DNA from: Candidatus Caldarchaeales archaeon
GTDB lineage: Archaea; Thermoproteota; Nitrososphaeria_A; Caldarchaeales; Calditenuaceae
Direction: 5' to 3'
Assembly: GCA_032249095.1 (NCBI GenBank)
Contig: JAVVGN010000006.1
Location: 1 to 43,247, forward strand
DNA: 43,247 nucleotides
The position numbers and the translations under genes were made by a program. Position 1 is the stretch's first letter, and each line of letters begins with the position of its first letter. Below, piece by piece: positions 7,845-15,281 of this stretch. The notes under the pieces were generated by a model. The model saw nothing but the letters and a program-made list of their open reading frames with translations, was not told where the DNA came from and searched no databases.

Positions 7845-8102
7845 GTGGCCAATGTTATCAAAGGAAGAACGGATTTTGTAGTCATCTCCCAAACAAAAAA
7901 GTTCTATCGGATGCAGGATGCAGTCATCGACGGGCTAATCAATGTACTGTCGGAAACGATAAAGTGGCTGGAAGGTGTAAGGGGCAAAGCCTCCATCAGC
8001 GGGGTCATTCTCTCCTGGATCAATGATCTTCAAGAATGGGAAGTAATGATTACCTTCCGCGAACTGAGCCCAGAGGAACCGGTAACGAACGCGAAGAGTT
8101 AA
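7845..8102 (+). CDS. Small hypothetical protein (the start may be ATG 7911)
   Basis: The ORF ends with its TAA inside palindrome copy 2, as ORF 3670-4497 does in copy 1. Confidence 0.45.
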   Translation: MANVIKGRTDFVVISQTKKFYRMQDAVIDGLINVLSETIKWLEGVRGKASISGVILSWINDLQEWEVMITFRELSPEEPVTNAKS

Positions 8103-8124
8103 TTTCGGCGCCGAAATTAACTTT
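8095..8124. repeat. 30-bp palindrome, copy 2 of 5 (29/30 match, ...AACTTT)
   Basis: AGAGTTAATTTCGGCGCCGAAATTAACTTT, located between convergent genes. Confidence 0.9.
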
Positions 8125-8180
8125 TGAAAGGCGCGCCAATCCCAGCGGAAGGGAAAGATGTAACTTGACCCCCTCCTTTC

Positions 8181-8468
8181 CTATAGCCGCTTGTGCAACT
8201 TCCTGATAAGCTCATCTAACTTTCTCATCTTGGCGAAAAGGTCAACTTCCAAGGCGCCCTTGCTACTATCCTCAAGGAGAGGAATATACCCCCCAAGCCT
8301 AATAGCGTCACGGAGCCACCTCACACCGACATCCCCCAACTTCATATCACGAGCGACTACATCCTCTAAGGCACGAGTAATCTCATCTATAACCCGCGCT
8401 CTGATCCAATCCACATCCAAAGGTGCGCCTCCGATTTTATCCATCAACCTCTCCGCAAGCCATTTCAA
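8181..8468 (-). CDS. Hypothetical protein (95 aa); start uncertain
   Basis: ORF with a TTG start at 8468 or an ATG 8 codons in. The frame stays open upstream to a TAA but has no start codon there. Confidence 0.45.
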   Translation of the reverse strand: MKWLAERLMDKIGGAPLDVDWIRARVIDEITRALEDVVARDMKLGDVGVRWLRDAIRLGGYIPLLEDSSKGALEVDLFAKMRKLDELIRKLHKRL

Positions 8469-8644
8469 TCCATCCGAAGTAGGTGCAACATCTATCGCTG
8501 CCCTGCAATCCTCACAAGTCGGAATATAATCCCATTCACTATCGTCAAAAATATCTTAATTCCATATGTAATTTTAACCTTTTTGGTAGCCGAGGAGAAT
8601 TGTCTTGATTCTTAAGCAAACCGATTGCCCCAGATTTGGGCTCA

Positions 8645-8720
8645 CGCAGTGGCGATAGCCAGCACATGGGTTCAAACCCCATCAGGGCAATCCGTCAGAT
8701 TCAGCCGACGGTAGGTGACC
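8645..8720 (+). mobile_element. Deletion remnant of a subfamily-B mini IS605-type element (LE hairpin joined to the last ~55 nt of the RE scaffold)
   Basis: GTGGCGATAGCCAGCACA plus TGGGTTCAAACCCCATCAGGGCAATCCGTCAGATTCAGCCGACGGTAGGTGACC. This aligns with 14160-14177 and with TGGGTTTAACCCCCACACGGGCAAGCCGCCGGCTTTAGCCGACGGTAGCTGACA at 14303-14357. Confidence 0.5.
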
Positions 8721-9647
8721 GAGGGCACTTCTTAGCAAGAGGAATTTGAAAAACACCTTTGCTGAGCCCCAGTAGACCAATTCCGTAAGCCAGCTCAACA
8801 AACTCCGGTCCGCTTCGTTTAGATCAGAAAGAATGGGTCTGTCGTTAACTGTGGCCCGTACAATATCTACAAGGCGACTGATTTCACGGTAATAGATTTC
8901 TGCCGCTTCGTTCACCTCACCTTTCTGTAGAGCCCTCTTAAACCTCGCAGCCGCATCGGACAAAAGCTCTAACGCTGCATTCTTTTGTCCCTGCGGCAGT
9001 TGCGAAAGCGATAAAGCTTGCTTTAGGACATGGTGTAGGTGGTCAAAAGACTCAAAAACTTTTTGTGGGATATTTCTCCCCGCCAATAGTGCCTTCAGTT
9101 CATCAACAACCGAAAACAGGGGGGAAATGTAGTCTTGAATGATAGACGTAAGGGCATCCGAAAACACCTGCGTGTCTATCTTGACCTTCTGACACAGCGA
9201 GGAGAATTCTTCGTGTGACTCCATTTTAGCAAGCCATGAGCGTGCCTCCGCCAACTCGCTTTCAATATTACGAAGATAAAATTCTTCTATATGAGTTAAC
9301 ACTTCGTTCATCGAAGACGATACTGAAGAGTCTTCGTCCAGCATTTGTAAGACAACTTTCTTTGCCGAGTTTTCTATAACTTCCATCGAGCTATTTATTC
9401 CACAGACATAAAAACGAAACTTATAGATTATTTCATCCAGCTCCTTTTCCCGTTCCTCGCGGGATCGTGGCCTTTTCTTTTTTGCCTCCGCCCCAAGACG
9501 CTCCTTCTGATCGACGAGACACGCTAACAAAAACCACCCCAATAACCCGCTTAATTGCAAAAGTTTGGAGGATGCCCCCCCAGCAATATCTCTTATTGAG
9601 CGCCACTTCTCTAAAATGCGGTCACGAAAGCCTTTAGGTTCCATCAT
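8682..9647 (-). CDS. Hypothetical alpha-helical protein, paralog family 1 (ORF open to 9740; MM start at 9647 preferred)
   Basis: The C-terminal FFKFLLLRS motif resembles the other family members. The last ~12 codons and the stop lie inside the mini-element remnant. Confidence 0.55.
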   Translation of the reverse strand: MMEPKGFRDRILEKWRSIRDIAGGASSKLLQLSGLLGWFLLACLVDQKERLGAEAKKKRPRSREEREKELDEIIYKFRFYVCGINSSMEVIENSAKKVVLQMLDEDSSVSSSMNEVLTHIEEFYLRNIESELAEARSWLAKMESHEEFSSLCQKVKIDTQVFSDALTSIIQDYISPLFSVVDELKALLAGRNIPQKVFESFDHLHHVLKQALSLSQLPQGQKNAALELLSDAAARFKRALQKGEVNEAAEIYYREISRLVDIVRATVNDRPILSDLNEADRSLLSWLTELVYWGSAKVFFKFLLLRSALGHLPSAESDGLP

Positions 9648-9730
9648 ATCTACCCCACGTAAGGATTTTAAGTAACAAGCCTTGCAAGCGGCGAAGCGCG
9701 AGGTAATAATAGAATTGGAGGTGGCCCACG

Positions 9731-9916
9731 TTGTCTCCAATTGAAATTGTTGGACGGGACCCCGCTTACAGAGACAGCCAAGGTATCCTTTACTGCGGCG
9801 ATGCCTTAGAGATTTTACAGAAATTGCCTTCGGAAAGCGTTGACCTCATCCTAACCGACCCGCCCTTCATGATCAGCCAAGAAACCGTCATCCGACGGGC
9901 ACCCCATCACAAGTAG
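9731..9916 (+). pseudogene. N-terminal fragment of a DNA (N6-A/N4-C) methyltransferase, truncated after the DPPF motif
   Basis: ILYCGDALEILQKLPSESVDLILTDPPF is followed by 15 unrelated codons and a TAG. Only 61 codons, against about 250-300 for intact enzymes of this kind. Confidence 0.6.
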
Positions 9917-10713
9917 TCGGCAACCGCGTATCCCAAGCTCAGGAGATTTACCGAACACTTAAAGAAAAAGTTGAAGGAGTATATTTACTTCACAGCCGTT
10001 TCACCAGACGAGACCGCGCAGAGAAGGAACGAAGGATAATTGGTTCATTAAGGGATACAGACAACACAGAAGTTCGAGTTTTAGTAGCAACCCAAGTTGT
10101 CGAGGTATCGTTAGATATAAGCTTTGACACCCTCTACACAGAGATAGCCCCCGTTGACGACTTACTCCAACGGTTCGGCAGGGTCAACCGTTACGGTGAG
10201 CACCCCGCTGGCGTGGAAGTCCATGTAGCAACCAAATACGATAAGCGCCTGCATAACGTCTATGGGAAAGAGCGCCTCGAAGCGACCCTCAACTGCGGGC
10301 CCGCTGATAACGCCGAGCTACCCTATGTTGTGTGCTCGCAATGGGTTAAGAGGGTTTACAAAGGGTGGACGAAATCTGAAGAGAGGAGGTTCTCTAAAGC
10401 AATGAGGGGGCTGGAAGAGTTATGTCGGGACCTAAAGCCGCTGACGGCCCTGAGTGAAGAGGATGAGCACGACTTAGAAAGTTACCTCAGCCAAACAATT
10501 GAAGTTCTTCCTAAATGTCTGGAGGACACTTTTAACCAATACTGGAACAACGGAGAGTATCTGCTTGCCTTTCAACTCCTCGCCCCCGTGCCCTTCTGGG
10601 TATGGAAGGAGTTACCAAAGAAAACAAAGAAAATAGGAAATGGGCAAGAAATATCGATAACCGATACGGCATATGACTCTGAAGAGGGGCTTAAAATTGA
10701 AATTGGTGAGTGA
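9913..10713 (+). pseudogene. cas3: Cas3-type SF2 helicase fragment (RecA2 lobe + C-terminal domain only; no HD nuclease, no RecA1, no start codon before GTG 10213)
   Basis: Frame-1 translation from 9913: VVGNRVSQAQEIYRTLKEKVEGVYLLHSRFTRRDRAEKERR...VRVLVATQVVEVSLDISFDTLYTEIAPVDDLLQRFGRVNRYG. HSRF...DR, ATQVvEvSLDIsFD and QRfGRvnR are hallmark Cas3 helicase motifs V/VI. The frame opens only at 9844. Confidence 0.7.
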
Positions 10714-11777
10714 CCGTGCGTGAAAAAGACTGGGAAAAGGCAATCCAAATCGTTGACAAAGAATACAAAAACAAAGTGGTTCGGGGGTCAGCCCAATGGT
10801 GGTCTTTGGTTCTCGGAGTATATAAGAAAATGCAGGGGCGAAAAATGCTTCGGCGGCTCAAAGCAGCAGGAATCCTAAGGAAGCAGCAGATAGACTTACT
10901 GACCATCCTCGCCCCGATTCTAACACCTTCCTTCCCAATTTCCATTGACCAGCTGTTAGTAGACCTACCTACTCCATTTACCATTACTTCGCTGGAAAAC
11001 TTGGCGGCACATTACCAACGTCTTATTCCCCAGATGGCGCTTTTATCCCCTTCCCAAAACCCGCCCCTCGTCTTTGTGCCTCTCCGTGCCGAAGAAATTC
11101 TCAAACTTGAAGAAGGGCAAGGGATCCCACTCACGACAATAGACGAATTCCCTGAATGGGTGGAAACATTCATTAAGGCATGGTATACCGCTATTTTGTG
11201 CGGCATTTTGGACGGCGTTTTTGTTCCGCAGGGCGAGGCAGGACTAAAATGGATTCTCCAGCTAACTGCTAATCCAGTGCTGAAGACTTTCTTGGGTACA
11301 CAATTACGGCGTAATCTTGAAAGCCTCAATACGGCGTGCCGTCAGTGGCAAAACATCACATTGGCGGACGCGCTGAGCCTACAGCACCGCTTTGGCGTAT
11401 TTAAGCAAAACAATGTCACGATGGGCGCTTTTCTACACCCGTCAGCCATCGGGCGGGTATGGTGCGTCCGCCTCCACGCCCTCCATAACCCTCTCTTTCC
11501 CAAAGAATTTAGCCCTGCCAATGCTCATCAGTGGTGGCTGAACACCATCCAAAGCCTCCTTCCTTGTCAATACTTGGACGAGGGAAATGTGGAAGGGTGG
11601 GTTCCACTCATCGGCGGTGTCCTTAACCGTGACGACATCGGAGCACTTGTTATCTTTAGAGATTTCGTCCCCGCCCATCCGTCATTGCGGATAATTGAAG
11701 TTGACTTTGACACGGATTATAATTTAATCGCTGAGGTTGCTACTAAGGTAATAAAGCAGAGAAGTGGGGCGAAATGA
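10710..11777 (+). CDS. Hypothetical protein (355 aa), translationally coupled to the flanking ORFs
   Basis: GTGA overlap with the cas3-like frame and ATGA overlap with the portal-like gene. No Walker motif or other family signature seen. Confidence 0.55.
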   Translation: MTVREKDWEKAIQIVDKEYKNKVVRGSAQWWSLVLGVYKKMQGRKMLRRLKAAGILRKQQIDLLTILAPILTPSFPISIDQLLVDLPTPFTITSLENLAAHYQRLIPQMALLSPSQNPPLVFVPLRAEEILKLEEGQGIPLTTIDEFPEWVETFIKAWYTAILCGILDGVFVPQGEAGLKWILQLTANPVLKTFLGTQLRRNLESLNTACRQWQNITLADALSLQHRFGVFKQNNVTMGAFLHPSAIGRVWCVRLHALHNPLFPKEFSPANAHQWWLNTIQSLLPCQYLDEGNVEGWVPLIGGVLNRDDIGALVIFRDFVPAHPSLRIIEVDFDTDYNLIAEVATKVIKQRSGAK

Positions 11778-14074
11778 CCGACCGAGAGCTAGCTGAAGCA
11801 ATGGAACGACTGAGGCAGGCAATAGTTTCAACTCCGTCCACCCTCGATAAGGAGCTGGCAAAAGCAGATGCCGCCATTGCACCAACACTAAATGAAACCT
11901 TTGCTATGCAAATGCTTGAGAAAGCATTGCCGCCCGTCCCAACCACTCTTATTACTACCAACCTGGATGAAGCCAGCCAGCGTCTAGTAGAGCAGGTTTG
12001 GAACCTAATGCTATCTGGGCGGTCAACGCGGGTTCGCCGGAGTTGGCATGTTAACTTTATCTTGCTCCGCCGATTGTCTTGGCTCAACCCCATCATCCGT
12101 CCCGCTATCAACCTCATAAGACAAGAATTGCGCCAACTCAACTGGGAAATCGTCCCGCTAAAGCCCGAAGCGAAAGGAAGAGTTTTATTAGCCCACAGGT
12201 TACTTTTGAACCCTCACCCGCTACTTTCGTGGGGCGAATGGCTGGATAAAATGGTAGAAGATAGCCTCGCTCTGGACGCCGCAGCATCCGAAGTTTGGTC
12301 GGCAAGATACATACCTTTTACGATCACTTACCCCCAACTCGTCTTGCCCCAACTGGAAGAGAAAAAGAAGAAGCCAGAAATGCCCGCTGCCCCGCAGCAA
12401 GCCCCGCCTGACCTGGAAGAACTCATCGGATTGGCGGGGGGAATGCGGAAAGAATTAGCATCTTCTTTACTCCATACCAAACGTATGGCGGAATTAGTTA
12501 TTAAAGAGAGATTGTTTTGGTTGGAAGAGTGCGGGCTGGTTAAGTCAACGACAGACATTTACCGATATATTGACGCGATGTGTAACCGATTGTCTAAAGC
12601 GAGAGACCTGCTGGAAGCCCACGAAATCATGGTCGCCGAAAGCCCATCCGTCCTGCGCAAAACCTTCGGGGGCTCCGAGGAAGAGTTGAACAAAGCGGCG
12701 CTTAGCGTCAGCGAACCAAGCCTAATCCCCTACCCGATGGATTTGCCCCTAGCGCTTATCCCCGTGCCTGGCGAACAGATTGAGTTCCAGGGAGATATTT
12801 ATACACTGGTTTTAGACCCTTACTTCCCCTATTTGCGCGTGGTAAACGGCGTTATCATGCGGGCTTATCAGCGACACGAACTAATGTATGTCAAGGAAAA
12901 CCCTCGCACTTGGAGTTTCTACGGGCTCTCGCCGATTGAATGTGTCATTATCGTCGCCCACGTCATGCTCTACGCCCACGATGTTCAGTTTAGATATTTC
13001 TTGACGGGCGCTGTGCCAGCAGCCGTGATCGGCGTCGTCGGCGCTGGAGATGTCTCTGAAATTCGGGCTTACTTAAACGAGGTTGCACGGGGTAAACAGG
13101 AAGCCATCGCCGTCCTCGGCATCCCGCCACAAGGCAACCTCATCGTCCAGCGCCTCGCCGAAACCAACCGAGAGTTGCAATACATTCAACTGCTGGAATG
13201 GTATGCCCGACTAATTTCTATCGCCTTCGGTCTCCAACCCTGGGAACTGGGCATCCTCTCTGGCGGAACACCGTCCCGCAGGATGCTTCGGCAAAGACCA
13301 GGCATTTACGGACGATTTATCACCTGGGAAAATGCCATCAACCATCACATCATCTACCGAGGTTTTAAACTGGCACCCCACCGAGACGCAGTCTTCAGGT
13401 TTGTGAACAAAGACATCGGCGACTTCAATGAGGAATCACAAGCCGTAACCAACTTGGTTGAACGGGGAATTATCACCAGAAACGAAGCGCGGCACAGACT
13501 TGGTTACCCACCCCTCGTTGGCGGGCTGCCCGACCACGCCTACACCGTCGCTGGTCAAGCGCTGTTGCTCCATGGAAAAGCCCCGCCTGTTGGCACAGAG
13601 GGCGAGCCGCCTGAAATCCCACCCATTCCCAGCCCCGTCGGCTTCTGGGTGCCGCCCCCCGTGGGGGGCATAAGCGCCGCTATGGCAGCAGGGGGGCGAG
13701 GTGGGGGTGGAGGCGGTGCTGGTGGCGGTCTTGCGGGGCTGCTCGGCTTGGCGAAATCTCTCATACCTACCCCTACTACGGTTTCTTTAGAAAAATGGAG
13801 TGACGAAATTCAAATTGCTTTGAAACTCTTTGCCAGAGCAATGGTCGCTGGGGGAGAAGTTACTCATTGGCGGGAGGGTATCGCGCTCGGCATCGCCATC
13901 AAAGATGCACTGGAAAAGCAGCTAAAGCGCCAAATTACGGACGGAGAGTGGATTGCGACGCTCCGCCAAATTCTGGATTTTCTCTGGAAAACCAAGTGGG
14001 CGAAGGAATGGGATGAGCTAATGCTTAAAATGGTAGACATTACCGACTTGCTCAAACCACCAGACAACAGATAA
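11774..14074 (+). CDS. Putative portal-like virion protein with a Gly-rich C-proximal linker
   Basis: 766-aa ORF. The call rests on size, on an N-proximal segment (NPIIRPAINLIRQELRQLNWEIVP) reminiscent of portal families, and on context. I cannot verify it without a profile search. Confidence 0.4.
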   Translation: MTDRELAEAMERLRQAIVSTPSTLDKELAKADAAIAPTLNETFAMQMLEKALPPVPTTLITTNLDEASQRLVEQVWNLMLSGRSTRVRRSWHVNFILLRRLSWLNPIIRPAINLIRQELRQLNWEIVPLKPEAKGRVLLAHRLLLNPHPLLSWGEWLDKMVEDSLALDAAASEVWSARYIPFTITYPQLVLPQLEEKKKKPEMPAAPQQAPPDLEELIGLAGGMRKELASSLLHTKRMAELVIKERLFWLEECGLVKSTTDIYRYIDAMCNRLSKARDLLEAHEIMVAESPSVLRKTFGGSEEELNKAALSVSEPSLIPYPMDLPLALIPVPGEQIEFQGDIYTLVLDPYFPYLRVVNGVIMRAYQRHELMYVKENPRTWSFYGLSPIECVIIVAHVMLYAHDVQFRYFLTGAVPAAVIGVVGAGDVSEIRAYLNEVARGKQEAIAVLGIPPQGNLIVQRLAETNRELQYIQLLEWYARLISIAFGLQPWELGILSGGTPSRRMLRQRPGIYGRFITWENAINHHIIYRGFKLAPHRDAVFRFVNKDIGDFNEESQAVTNLVERGIITRNEARHRLGYPPLVGGLPDHAYTVAGQALLLHGKAPPVGTEGEPPEIPPIPSPVGFWVPPPVGGISAAMAAGGRGGGGGGAGGGLAGLLGLAKSLIPTPTTVSLEKWSDEIQIALKLFARAMVAGGEVTHWREGIALGIAIKDALEKQLKRQITDGEWIATLRQILDFLWKTKWAKEWDELMLKMVDITDLLKPPDNR

Positions 14075-14099
14075 AAAGAAAAAGGAGATATAATATAAG

Positions 14100-14358
14100 G
14101 GCAGGTTGCAGTCGACCTCGCAGGGTTTCACAGAGAGTGGCAGCAGGAGGCTTTCGCCTTGCTGGCGATAGCCAGCACAGAGGAATGCCGCCTTTACACC
14201 TCCTTTCAGTTACGTTATAATTGTAATTAGTGATTGAAAGAGCGTCTGCCCCTAACATAAGGTTAGGGGCTCGGGCTGCCGTCAGCCAGCCCCAGATGCT
14301 CGGTGGGTTTAACCCCCACACGGGCAAGCCGCCGGCTTTAGCCGACGGTAGCTGACAG
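14100..14358 (+). mobile_element. Subfamily-B mini IS605-type element (LE hairpin + TATAAT + diverged omega-RNA-like scaffold)
   Basis: TCGCCTTGCTGGCGATAGCCAGCACAGAGGAATGCCGCC aligns with TCGCCTTGCTGGCTATCGCCAGCACAGGGGAATGCGCC at 2702-2738. ACGTTATAATT (TATAAT at 14216-14221). The 3' end is GCCGGCTTTAGCCGACGGTAGCTGACAG, against GTCGGCTTTAGCCGACAGTGGCTCACAG in the full element. The left limit is approximate. Confidence 0.55.
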
Positions 14359-14361
14359 GGT

Positions 14362-14913
14362 ATTTCGCGACGACATGGGTAAGGTGGAAATATAAAAAGG
14401 GGTATAATAATAGGAGGAGGTCGCAGCCGACAACGCAGGATGTTTCGCGACAGTATAGGTAAGGTGGAAAGTGGAAAGGCATGGTAGGCATTTGTTGGAG
14501 CAATGGGAATGCAGTTTCGCGACAACATGAGTGTGGTGGAAAGAAACTTGGCAGAGTTGGCAGAGATGGGTTCGCGACAACATGAGTGTGGTGGAAAGAT
14601 AACTTCGTCCCTCACCCGAAGAGAAGGGTGAGGAGGTTTCGCGACGACATGAGTGGAGTGAAAAGCAAAGGGATGCCAGCGTTTCGCGACAACGCAAGTA
14701 TGGCGGAAGGTGGAAAGAAGGTGGAAAGTCAACCTGCCATTGGTCGTTTTGTGGTTTCGCGACGACATTGGTAAGGTGGAAAGGCATTCATTGTGGGCGA
14801 GGATGATGACAACGTTTCGCGACAACACGAGTAAAGTGGAAAGGAAGGCGGCGCACTTGCAAGGCGAAGAAGGCGGGTTGATAGCTTCGCGACAACAAGA
14901 GTGTGGTGGAGGG
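14362..14913 (+). repeat. Array of nine direct 30-bp repeats, consensus GTTTCGCGACRAC-N8-GGTGGAAAG (CRISPR-like termini, irregular spacing)
   Basis: Unit starts: 14362, 14442, 14514, 14569, 14636, 14681, 14754, 14814, 14884. The TTCGCGAC core is invariant. The 3' GTGGAAAG is mostly conserved and the centre is variable. Gaps between units are 50, 42, 25, 37, 15, 43, 30 and 40 nt. Confidence 0.85.
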
Positions 14914-14939
14914 GAAAGTATAATATACACGGACGGCGC

Positions 14940-14969
14940 AGAGTTAATTTCGGCGCCGAAATTAACTCT
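14940..14969. repeat. 30-bp perfect palindrome, copy 3 of 5
   Basis: Exact AGAGTTAATTTCGGCGCCGAAATTAACTCT. It lies between the repeat array and the AAGGAGG RBS of ORF 14988. Confidence 0.9.
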
Positions 14970-14987
14970 AAGGAGGATGGAAAGAAG

Positions 14988-15281
14988 ATGGCAACGCTTC
15001 GGAGTTGCTTCTTTGCGTACACTCACCAGATGGCGGGCGCTAACTTGGACGAGGAGGTAAAAATCGTCCGCCTAAAGCGGGTGGATACCGACGTTGAGGT
15101 GATAGTGTGCGAAGCGTGTGCGGGGAGATTACTATCAACGGGGAACTTTGTTGTCGTAGAAGAGTTTCGCGACGACATGGATAGAATGGAAAGCATAGAG
15201 CCCGTCGCCTTGCAAGACCTCTTGGATGAAGGAACGACAGTTGAGGATGTCAGCGACGACGGCGGAGAAGGAAATTCTTGA
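14988..15281 (+). CDS. Small acidic protein (97 aa) containing repeat unit R10 in its coding sequence; paralog of the IS-interrupted gene 2481/4417
   Basis: AAGGAGG at 14970-14976. ...FVVVEEFRDDMDRMESIEPVALQDLL resembles ...FVLVNNETHHIEF|VEEDDVTRKVEKLLKAIDALL. At DNA level GTAGAAGAG occurs at 15156-15164 and at 4417-4425. Confidence 0.5.
   Translation: MATLRSCFFAYTHQMAGANLDEEVKIVRLKRVDTDVEVIVCEACAGRLLSTGNFVVVEEFRDDMDRMESIEPVALQDLLDEGTTVEDVSDDGGEGNS
15164..15193 (+). repeat. Tenth copy (R10) of the 30-bp repeat, inside ORF 14988-15281
   Basis: GTTTCGCGACGACATGGATAGAATGGAAAG. It shares 16 contiguous nt (TTTCGCGACGACATGG) with R1. Confidence 0.8.

Noticed and set aside
13675-13745. GC-rich low-complexity run (GGGGGCGAGGTGGGGGTGGAGGCGGTGCTGGTGGCGG) as a non-coding repeat
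   Set aside because: It is in frame inside the portal-like ORF and encodes a Gly/Ala linker (GGRGGGGGGAGGGLAGLLG). The 69-aa antisense ORF over it is a by-product.
14362-14913. Calling the array a bona fide CRISPR array
   Set aside because: The repeats differ from each other at about 15-30% of positions, mostly in the centre. The gaps range from 15 to 50 nt. No intact cas gene is present in the window. I report it as a CRISPR-like repeat array with alternatives rather than as a CRISPR feature.
14052-15026. 324-aa minus-strand ORF (plus several other ORFs on both strands) spanning the repeat array
   Set aside because: It lies entirely over the mini-element and the reiterated 30-bp units. Its repetitive peptide simply mirrors the DNA repeats. 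Unit spacing is not a multiple of 3 and no RBS is present, so I treat it as an artefact.
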